Below are positions 51,015 to 58,779 of a stretch of 64,000 nucleotides of DNA, piece by piece; the first letter of the stretch is position 1; the number at the start of each line of letters is the position of its first letter. The notes under the pieces are model-generated. The model saw only the letters and a list, made by a program, of their open reading frames with translations. It was not told the DNA's origin and made no database searches. The position numbers and the translations under genes are program-made. The DNA is from an uncultured Gammaproteobacteria bacterium (GTDB taxonomy: Bacteria > Patescibacteriota > Microgenomatia > UBA8517 > JACQJR01): contig CAYTZB010000002.1 of NCBI GenBank assembly GCA_964442455.1, forward strand, positions 11,159 through 75,158, written 5' to 3'.

Positions 51015-52286
51015 CTACTCATTTATTACTTTGTACACCACCCCTGCCTTGTCGTCTGAGATATATAAGCTTCCTTCTTTGTCAAAAATTAAATCCACTG
51101 GGCGACCTAAAGTCTGTGAACCTTGCAAGAAATCGGTAATAAAATCCTCCTCACCGCGCACCGTATTTCCCTCAACATCAAGTCGCACCACTTTATACCC
51201 AATTGGTGTTGAGCGATTCCAAGAACCATGATACGAAACTAATAAATCTCCCTGCCATTCTTTTGGAAATTGCGATGAGTTAATAAGCGAAGCTTGTTCC
51301 TCTCTGACGCTCGGAATAAACGTTAATCCCAACGGCGCTGAGTGGGCAGGGATTTCATAAACTGGCGGCTCGGTAGTCCCACAAGGCAGCTGAGGAATAA
51401 TTTGGATATAAGCTCTTTTATCAAAATCTGTATCGTGTACCCTGGTGCCGTAACAAACTGGCCAGCCGTAATCTTTTCCATCTTTAATAATATTTACCTC
51501 GTCAGGTGGCAAGTTGTCCCCCAACCAGTCCCGTCCCATTTCTGTTCCCCATAATTCACCGGTCTGGGGGTTGACTGTTATAAACACACTATTGCGTAGC
51601 CCTTTCGCCCACACTCTAGGACTCGTACCATCCTCATCGGAAACAATAACGCCTGCCAACCACTCGTGTTTTTCAAAACAGACGTCACAGGTTGAACCAA
51701 TGGAAACAAACATCTGACCGACTTGCCCTGAGCGCCTGTCCTGAGTTTGACCGAAGGATGCCGAGGGGTTAAATGAAATAGAGCGGGTGAAATGCCTTCC
51801 GCCTTTTGGCAGAGAAAAAAGCACCTTGTCTTTGGTTGCTGTTAAGTTTTCTTCATCCCATTTATATCGCACCACTTGTGTCTCCTCAGCCACGAAAAGC
51901 TTTCCATTGTAAAACGCTAATCCATGAGGTCTCTCCAAATTTGTTAAAACATCAATTACACTATCCGCAACTCCATTCCCATCTCTATCCGGCAATGCAA
52001 CCACTCGACCATCTGCTGGAATAGATAAAAGTAACGTGCCGCGAGATGTAAATTCTAGATCCCTTGCGTTCCCAAGGTTTTTGGCAAAAATTCCAATTTG
52101 AAATCCTTGAGGAAGTTTAAGAGGAAAACTTGGGGTGTCACCAACCGATGGTATATTCGATACACCCGTAATACTCTCGCGCGGAGGCAACAACGCAGGC
52201 CTCACATCCCCCACTCTTTGTCGTACAATCCATATTCCACCCAAAAACAAGCCAATGATTATTGCCGCAATAATAATATTCCTCAT
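51015..52286 (-). CDS. PQQ-dependent sugar (glucose/sorbosone) dehydrogenase family protein
   Basis: GLRN, DYGWP, AHSAPLG, HGSWNR, GRPVD, ISDD. Confidence 0.88.
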   Translation of the reverse strand: MRNIIIAAIIIGLFLGGIWIVRQRVGDVRPALLPPRESITGVSNIPSVGDTPSFPLKLPQGFQIGIFAKNLGNARDLEFTSRGTLLLSIPADGRVVALPDRDGNGVADSVIDVLTNLERPHGLAFYNGKLFVAEETQVVRYKWDEENLTATKDKVLFSLPKGGRHFTRSISFNPSASFGQTQDRRSGQVGQMFVSIGSTCDVCFEKHEWLAGVIVSDEDGTSPRVWAKGLRNSVFITVNPQTGELWGTEMGRDWLGDNLPPDEVNIIKDGKDYGWPVCYGTRVHDTDFDKRAYIQIIPQLPCGTTEPPVYEIPAHSAPLGLTFIPSVREEQASLINSSQFPKEWQGDLLVSYHGSWNRSTPIGYKVVRLDVEGNTVRGEEDFITDFLQGSQTLGRPVDLIFDKEGSLYISDDKAGVVYKVINE

Positions 52287-52289
52287 ATC

Positions 52290-52940
52290 TCACAAACTCT
52301 GAAGCAATTCGGGTGTAATCTCGCCAAAACTAACAACCGCCGCATCAGCTTTAGGAAAATCCTTTGCACTCGTCCCATTATTGAGAATTGCAATTGCTTT
52401 CATACCAGCTCTTTTGGCTGCAATAATGCCAGATGGCGAATCTTCAATGACCACACAATTTTCTGGCTCGACGTCAAGTTTCTTCGCCGCCTCAAGAAAA
52501 AGGTCAGGAGCTGGTTTTGTTTCATCAACCTCCTCACCAGTTGTCACAACATCAAAGTAATCATGAAGTTTGAACTCATCAAGATCCCGTTCAACCAACC
52601 ACCAAGCATTGGATGTTGCCAGTGCAGTCAGTACACCCGAATCACGTAAATCCTTAATAAAGTTAAAAAAACCTGGTTTTAAATGAACCTTTGACAAATT
52701 ATCAAGATATTCTTTCTGTGTTTGTGCAGTAAGTTCCTCAGCGGTTTTGTCGGTATGGACGTTATAACGACTAATCAACTTTGGCCAATTTTCTTTGACT
52801 CCTATTCCTCCAATATGTGGCCTTTCTGGAATATTCCGCACCCCTAAGGTTTGCAACACTTTCTTAAAAGCCGCACCATACACATCCTCATTTGCTAAGA
52901 TTGTTCCGTCTAAATCAAAAATAACAGCTGAAACTTTCAT
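52290..52940 (-). CDS. HAD family phosphatase
   Basis: FDLDGT, TS, KPAPD, IEDS. Confidence 0.92.
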   Translation of the reverse strand: MKVSAVIFDLDGTILANEDVYGAAFKKVLQTLGVRNIPERPHIGGIGVKENWPKLISRYNVHTDKTAEELTAQTQKEYLDNLSKVHLKPGFFNFIKDLRDSGVLTALATSNAWWLVERDLDEFKLHDYFDVVTTGEEVDETKPAPDLFLEAAKKLDVEPENCVVIEDSPSGIIAAKRAGMKAIAILNNGTSAKDFPKADAAVVSFGEITPELLQSL

Positions 52941-52973
52941 AGTTTAAGTGCCAAGTATCAATAATTCAATGAA

Positions 52974-53351
52974 TCAATGATTCTGGAATTTCTTAACTAT
53001 AGTAGAAAAGATTTTTACAAGCTCCATTGAGTCATCAATCAACGGCTTTATTTTTGAAGCAAAACCTGGATTAGCTCTGAAAAGTAACGTAAGCCAGTAA
53101 TGTGATTCTCGCGCTTCTTTCTTAGAAATTCTAATTTTATGGACGAAATCTTTACTAGATTCTGCCTCACATCCTTCTCTATAATTTGCACCCACTGACG
53201 TAACAGCTCTTATAGTTTGCCCAACCAGCACATTGTTAATCGAATTTTTTGGTAACTCAACAGCAACTTCTAGTATTGTCTCAGAAAATCGTTGGGTTCT
53301 CTCTAATAAGTCTCTGTTATCTACTAATCTTCTTGATTTCACGATTCTCAT
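52974..53351 (-). CDS. four-helix-bundle protein (23S rRNA IVP / Avd-like family)
   Basis: Q.IRAVTSVGANYREG, SKDFVHK..ISKKEARES.YWL. Confidence 0.88.
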   Translation of the reverse strand: MRIVKSRRLVDNRDLLERTQRFSETILEVAVELPKNSINNVLVGQTIRAVTSVGANYREGCEAESSKDFVHKIRISKKEARESHYWLTLLFRANPGFASKIKPLIDDSMELVKIFSTIVKKFQNH

Positions 53352-53398
53352 CTCGGCAATTTTAGTCTAATTGAATTATTGTTTTATTGAATCTTGAA

Positions 53399-54049
53399 TC
53401 ATTCAGTAACTATCTTTATCCTTCCTGAATCAAACGAGGCTTCGTATCCTGTTAATGATTTCATTTGTACTCTATACACGTTTTTACCACTCAAAAAAGT
53501 AAGAGGAGATGATTCTATTAAAGAATATGAAACGCTTTTGGTTGAAATCTCTGAACCCGGTACTGCAACACCATGTGTGGCATCAAAAAGACGAGCAAAC
53601 ACTTCCCCATTTTGAAAGATTTTGAGATTAACTGACCAACGAATTTCTTTAATCTTACCGTACTCACCCATGTCAAAAAAGAAATCAGTGTTATAAAGAT
53701 TTGCCCAATCAGTATTAGTGGTTGAACCCGCACCGCCAACGGGAATGTACGAAATTTGTTCCTGGGAGGTTGTAGTGGGAGGAGGTGTTGTTTTGAGAAT
53801 TTTTGTCGGTTGTGCAGTTGGTTTGGCTGATAAAGTAGAAATGGCTTGGGCTACTGTCTCGGTAATTTTCTGTTCGCACTCTTGACCACATTTTTCAATT
53901 AATTGAAATCCTTCTTGCTTATCAGGGATGCTGTCTTCCTTTTGTTCTCCTACACGATTGAAAAATAGGAATCCTCCCATAAAGAGTATACTTACAATGA
54001 GCAAGATTTTGATAGGTGCATCAAATCGAATAAAGAACCTGTTAATCAT
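53399..54049 (-). CDS. membrane-anchored hypothetical protein
   Basis: TM, CGQEC, P/T linker, beta domain. Confidence 0.7.
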   Translation of the reverse strand: MINRFFIRFDAPIKILLIVSILFMGGFLFFNRVGEQKEDSIPDKQEGFQLIEKCGQECEQKITETVAQAISTLSAKPTAQPTKILKTTPPPTTTSQEQISYIPVGGAGSTTNTDWANLYNTDFFFDMGEYGKIKEIRWSVNLKIFQNGEVFARLFDATHGVAVPGSEISTKSVSYSLIESSPLTFLSGKNVYRVQMKSLTGYEASFDSGRIKIVTE

Positions 54050-55548
54050 ATAGACAGTGTTTTCTTTGCTTTCACTATCGGTCCTTTCTCTGTATCATCA
54101 ATTACATATCCCATTTCTTCTATCTCTTTCCTTATCTTATCAGCTTCCTTCCACTTTCCTTCTTTCCTCAATTTTTCTCTCTCTTCCACTAATTCTTTAA
54201 TCTCCCGTGGTACTCGTGATACTCGTGGTACACTTACTGCTCTTAAGTTAAGCCCTAACACTTCATCAAATGAAAATAACAACTCTTGTTTATCTTGATT
54301 TGGTATATTACTTTTAAGTATTTTCCATACCACGGAGAGTGCAGCAGGCGTTCCTAAATCATTATTCATTTGGCTAGTAAACTCTTCTCTGTATTTTTCA
54401 ATCGATTGTCCCACAGAGCGGGATCCCGCTTCGCGGGAAAACTTTTCTGCCCTTACAAAATCTACCAGCCTATCATAAGCATTTTGAGCCGCCTTTAAGC
54501 TTTCCCAGGTAAAATTCAATTTATCCCGGTAGTGAGTAGTCAAAAAAAGATAACGAAGCGCAAGAGGGCTAAATCCACGCGCAGTGACATCTTGCAGGGT
54601 ATATACATTTCCTAAACTTTTACTCATCTTTTTCCCATCAACCAAAACAAATTCATTATGGAGCCAATAGCGGACAAACTCTTTTCCGGTTGCTGATTCT
54701 GATTGGGCAATTTCATTGGTATGGTGAACAGGAACATGGTCTATTCCACCAGTATGAATATCGATGGTTCGGCTTCGCTCACCACGAAATGTCCCATCTT
54801 CGAATGCATCTCCCAAGTATTCCAAACTCATCGCGCTACATTCAATATGCCAACCAGGAAAACCAACTCCCCAGGGACTCTCCCATTCCATTTGTCTCTT
54901 GGTTTGGCCCGAGCCATTCGGCACTGAGCTCATGGCCGAAGTGCCCGGCCGAGGGCTAAACTTCCACAAGGCGAAATCTGTAGGATGTCGCTTCCCCACT
55001 ACCACTTCAATCCGTGCGCCAGCTTTTATCCCTTCCTTTCCTCCAGCAAAATCTCCATATTTTGGAAATTTAGAAGTATCAAAATAAATCCCATCTTCTA
55101 TCTTGTAGGTATAACCCTTCTCCTCAAGTGTTTTAATTAATTGAATTTGCTCTTGTATGTGGTCTGTTGCTCGGGGAACTACTGTGGGTCGTCTAATATT
55201 AAGAGCATCAAGATTTTTGAAAAATTCATCTATGTACTTTTTAGCAATATCCCATGCTGAAACTTTTTCTTTTTCTGCCTCATACTCTAATTTATCCTCC
55301 CCAATTCTTGCCTGGTCACCTTCTTCAAATAAATGACCAACGTCGGTAATATTCATTACATGCGTTACCTCATACCCCGCTGTCTCAAGAGTTCGCCGTA
55401 GGATATCGACAAATACATAAGCCCTTAAATTTCCAACATGCGGACTGGAATAAACCGTCGGTCCACACGAATACATCCCCACTTTTTTACCTTCAAGCGG
55501 CACGAATTCCTCAACTTTACGAGTTTTGGTATTAAAAAGTCTAACCAT
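54046..55548 (-). CDS. cysS: cysteinyl-tRNA synthetase
   Basis: CGPTVY, HVGN, PGWHIECS, KMSKS. Confidence 0.97.
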   Translation of the reverse strand: MVRLFNTKTRKVEEFVPLEGKKVGMYSCGPTVYSSPHVGNLRAYVFVDILRRTLETAGYEVTHVMNITDVGHLFEEGDQARIGEDKLEYEAEKEKVSAWDIAKKYIDEFFKNLDALNIRRPTVVPRATDHIQEQIQLIKTLEEKGYTYKIEDGIYFDTSKFPKYGDFAGGKEGIKAGARIEVVVGKRHPTDFALWKFSPRPGTSAMSSVPNGSGQTKRQMEWESPWGVGFPGWHIECSAMSLEYLGDAFEDGTFRGERSRTIDIHTGGIDHVPVHHTNEIAQSESATGKEFVRYWLHNEFVLVDGKKMSKSLGNVYTLQDVTARGFSPLALRYLFLTTHYRDKLNFTWESLKAAQNAYDRLVDFVRAEKFSREAGSRSVGQSIEKYREEFTSQMNNDLGTPAALSVVWKILKSNIPNQDKQELLFSFDEVLGLNLRAVSVPRVSRVPREIKELVEEREKLRKEGKWKEADKIRKEIEEMGYVIDDTEKGPIVKAKKTLSI

Positions 55549-55962
55549 CTATGCTGCTTTTGGAAGTCGCGTTTCCACTCGACGTTTTAGTCTTCTGGTA
55601 ACAAGTTTGAGGCCTTTTTGGAAAAACGTTTCACTTTTAGCTTCCTCTACCTGTTTCTTCTCCTCTTCTTTCTTCTCTTCTGCCATATTTTGCGCTTCTG
55701 CCTCCCTTACCCGGTTTTCTCTTTGTCTTGTAACTTCCTCTTCAAGCTCTCTCCGATGCGCAGCGAGAATCCTCTCTTTTTTCTGCTCCTCAAGGGATGG
55801 AGTCACCTGTTTGAGTGGTTGGGTAGTTTGTTGTTGTCCACCAGTTTCAAATGGCGCCACCTGTTCTCCCACATCTTTTAATATCTCAGTGGGCTCCTGT
55901 AAAATTTGTTTTACGGCTCCTTTTGCAACTGCCCCTAGTTGTCCTTTTGCTCCTTGTGCCAT
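55549..55962 (-). CDS. hypothetical coiled-coil protein
   Basis: E/Q/K-rich ORF between recR and cysS. Confidence 0.65.
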   Translation of the reverse strand: MAQGAKGQLGAVAKGAVKQILQEPTEILKDVGEQVAPFETGGQQQTTQPLKQVTPSLEEQKKERILAAHRRELEEEVTRQRENRVREAEAQNMAEEKKEEEKKQVEEAKSETFFQKGLKLVTRRLKRRVETRLPKAA

Positions 55963-55979
55963 AACTTATTAGTTGTTAA

Positions 55980-56597
55980 TTAAAACTCTCGTCGTCCTTC
56001 AATTGCCTGAATAATCGTCGTTTCGTCCGCATATTCAATATCAGCACCCGTTGGAATTCCCACACCAAGTCGAGTTATTTCGATATGATGTTTTCCATTA
56101 CCAAGCTCCTGAATTTGCTTTTTAATATACATCGCCGTTGCTTCTCCCTCCATAGTAGGATTAGTTGCAAGGATAACTTCCACTCTTTTATCCTCCAAGT
56201 CTCCCATCCTCTTAGTGAGCTCTTTAATAAAAATTTCATCAGGTCCAATGTTCTCAAGTGGATTTATTGCTCCATGAAGCACATGATACACACCTTTATA
56301 TTTCCCTGTCCGCTCAATTGCAAGGATGTCAAGTGGTTGCTCAACAACCATCATAATGCTCTGATCACGGGTTGGGTCACTACATATACTGCAAGGATCT
56401 GTCTCTGCTACATTTTTACATACGGAGCACAACACCGTTTCTTTTTTCAACGCAACTAAGTTTTGTGCAAAGTTCTCAAGTTCTATTTGGGGTACATGAA
56501 GAAGATAGAAAGTTAACCTTTGAGCAGTTTTAGGTCCAATTCCCGGCAACCTTTCAAATGATTCAATTAATCGTAAAACAACGCTTGGGATACGCAT
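55980..56597 (-). CDS. recR: recombination protein RecR
   Basis: LPGIGPKTAQR, C4 zinc finger, YHVLHG, EGEATA. Confidence 0.96.
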   Translation of the reverse strand: MRIPSVVLRLIESFERLPGIGPKTAQRLTFYLLHVPQIELENFAQNLVALKKETVLCSVCKNVAETDPCSICSDPTRDQSIMMVVEQPLDILAIERTGKYKGVYHVLHGAINPLENIGPDEIFIKELTKRMGDLEDKRVEVILATNPTMEGEATAMYIKKQIQELGNGKHHIEITRLGVGIPTGADIEYADETTIIQAIEGRREF

Positions 56598-56649
56598 GGC
56601 TTTAGTATAACACGTTGATTATTTCAGGAGTAGCGCATAAAATAATGTG

Positions 56650-58401
56650 ATGGCAGAAGACACCCCAGAACAAGAACAACAACAAGAACCATCTAAATCT
56701 TCTCTAACCACTCAACCAATTTCGCGAAGAACTGCCATTAAAATTGGAGTTGGTGCAATAGCAACGTTGCTTGCGGGTGGAAAAGATACTCCTCGCCAAG
56801 CAAAAGTGGAAACAGCGCTCGAAAAAGGGATAAATGCTCTGGGCGTGCGGATAGAAAACTCTCAACTCTCTGCCTCTGGGGATAAAAATGAATGGACAAA
56901 AGCAACACTACGTGAATTTTTAGAAAGTACAAAAAGAGCAGTAGTAAATTTAGAAGTGTTAGCTACGCAACCAGAAACCGAAAAAATTAGAGAGATTGTA
57001 AGACAAAAATTCTCAAATCCTGATATTGACCCAGATAATCAAGTATTTTTCTTAAGAGACAAAAAAATATTAGAGGCGGCCCTTGGCAAACTTGAACAAC
57101 TTCCGTTTGAGACCGAAGAGCAAGCAATACTCCAAGCAAAACTAAAGAAAATTTTGGATACGTCAACTTATCCTATAACATTTAGAGAACTACGTTCTTC
57201 ATCCAGTGAAAGAAGTCTTACTCCAAGAAATATTGTATCAAATTATGAAAGATTGGGTAGTAAAAAATCAGGGACAATTGAAGTGAGCACGGGTATTGAA
57301 AATGAAAGCGAGACAAGTAAAGAAAGATTAAGACAAGTAAACGAAGAAGTAACAAGAAGACTAGCTGCGCTGCCTTTGACTGATTTAAGTTTATCAATTG
57401 TAATTTGGGATACATGGAAAGATGCAGAACCCCTTAGGGGTAAATTTAATTACGAGCCCTGGTCCGATAAAACACCATCCATTGAATATCATTTCAAGGG
57501 AAAACCCGCAGAGGCACCTTTTGGTCTTGAGCGGGAAACTTTGTTTATTCTGCATGAGGCGGCTCATGCACTAGACATAGAAAGCAATCCCACAATAATG
57601 CAATTTCTTACTCCTCCCCAAATTACTCATTTAGTTTACCTACGGGAACTGGCAACTTTAGAATCTTTCTCTCCTGATATCGAAAGTTTACTCGCGATTA
57701 AACAATTGAGAGGAGAAAAAATTTGGCCTGTTTCAGGTACAATTGGTAAGGACAGAGATAGTCACTTCGACTGGCGAAGTTGGTTTTTATCAAAAAGCAA
57801 GGAGGAGCCTATAAAACCAGAAGAGTTAAATTTACTTGTGAGAGCATATCCTGAATCAGGATGGCTTGGGTTTTATCCCCTTTCGGAGAAATGGTTGGAA
57901 GATTTTCAATTACGACTTAGATTCGGAATATTTGGAGGATACTCAACTGGATTCCTAAATTCCTGGGAAGAGTTTATTAACTCTCAATCAAATATGCTCA
58001 ATAATTTAGCAAGAACCGACCCAATTTTAAGGCATGGATTACAACTTCTAACAACAAGAATAAACTCGTTGGATACAGAAGATTTTAGAGAAAAGTCAGC
58101 TGTAGCATGGCAATCTTCCTTCGCCAAAGCTCTACAAGCGGTTCTGGCTGAAGACTTAATGAAAGCAGGCACAAGTAAAGAGGCCTTCAAACCCGAATTT
58201 TATACTCACCTTTTGAAAGAATTTCAAATTGATTATAGAGGAGCAGAAAGAGAGGGTTTGGCAGACGGCATCGCATTTCTTCTCTTTCTAGAGTCAGAGA
58301 GAGGACAAAATCCTAACGAACTCCGCTCCCCATACTGGAATTACTACCAGGAATTAAGGAAACTGATAAAAGAAAAACCAAGAATAGTAACTGTAGAATG
58401 A
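56650..58401 (+). CDS. large orphan HEXXH protein
   Basis: SRRTAIK + hydrophobic stretch; LHEAAH...REGLAD. Confidence 0.7.
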   Translation: MAEDTPEQEQQQEPSKSSLTTQPISRRTAIKIGVGAIATLLAGGKDTPRQAKVETALEKGINALGVRIENSQLSASGDKNEWTKATLREFLESTKRAVVNLEVLATQPETEKIREIVRQKFSNPDIDPDNQVFFLRDKKILEAALGKLEQLPFETEEQAILQAKLKKILDTSTYPITFRELRSSSSERSLTPRNIVSNYERLGSKKSGTIEVSTGIENESETSKERLRQVNEEVTRRLAALPLTDLSLSIVIWDTWKDAEPLRGKFNYEPWSDKTPSIEYHFKGKPAEAPFGLERETLFILHEAAHALDIESNPTIMQFLTPPQITHLVYLRELATLESFSPDIESLLAIKQLRGEKIWPVSGTIGKDRDSHFDWRSWFLSKSKEEPIKPEELNLLVRAYPESGWLGFYPLSEKWLEDFQLRLRFGIFGGYSTGFLNSWEEFINSQSNMLNNLARTDPILRHGLQLLTTRINSLDTEDFREKSAVAWQSSFAKALQAVLAEDLMKAGTSKEAFKPEFYTHLLKEFQIDYRGAEREGLADGIAFLLFLESERGQNPNELRSPYWNYYQELRKLIKEKPRIVTVE

Positions 58402-58680
58402 CTACCCCCCAAGTAGTCCGGAGAGTCCTCCGCCCATTTGTTGGAGCTTTTTAGCGGCTATTTCTTGGGATTTTTTAAGTGCTTTGTTTAAAACTTCTGC
58501 AACTTTTTTTTGATCTTCACCGCTAATTGTCAATTTCTGAATCTGCTGATCTCCGGTCATAACCACCTGTATTCCATCTTCTTCGACCGTAATCGTTTCA
58601 GCCCGCAGCGCTTTTTGCATTTGCATTGCCTGGTCACGAAGCTGCTTTAGTTTTTTAAGTTGTTGAAGTTTGTCAAACAT
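58402..58680 (-). CDS. ybaB: YbaB/EbfC nucleoid-associated protein
   Basis: size, motif pattern and dnaX-ybaB-recR synteny. Confidence 0.85.
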   Translation of the reverse strand: MFDKLQQLKKLKQLRDQAMQMQKALRAETITVEEDGIQVVMTGDQQIQKLTISGEDQKKVAEVLNKALKKSQEIAAKKLQQMGGGLSGLLGG

Positions 58681-58687
58681 AGTTGGA

Positions 58688-58755
58688 AAATTTCTAATTA
58701 TTCTAATTTCTAATTCCTAAAATTTAGTTATTTGTTTTCTTTAGGTCAATTTAAA
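58688..58755. repeat. dispersed AT-rich periodic element, copy 4
   Basis: AAATTTCTAATTATTCTAATTTCTAATT identical to the start of copy 3. Confidence 0.75.
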
Positions 58756-58779
58756 TATTACCATGTAATATTTGTCAGG

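Noticed and set aside
52974-53351. Complete diversity-generating retroelement
   Set aside because: No reverse transcriptase or TR/VR pair was seen in the window.
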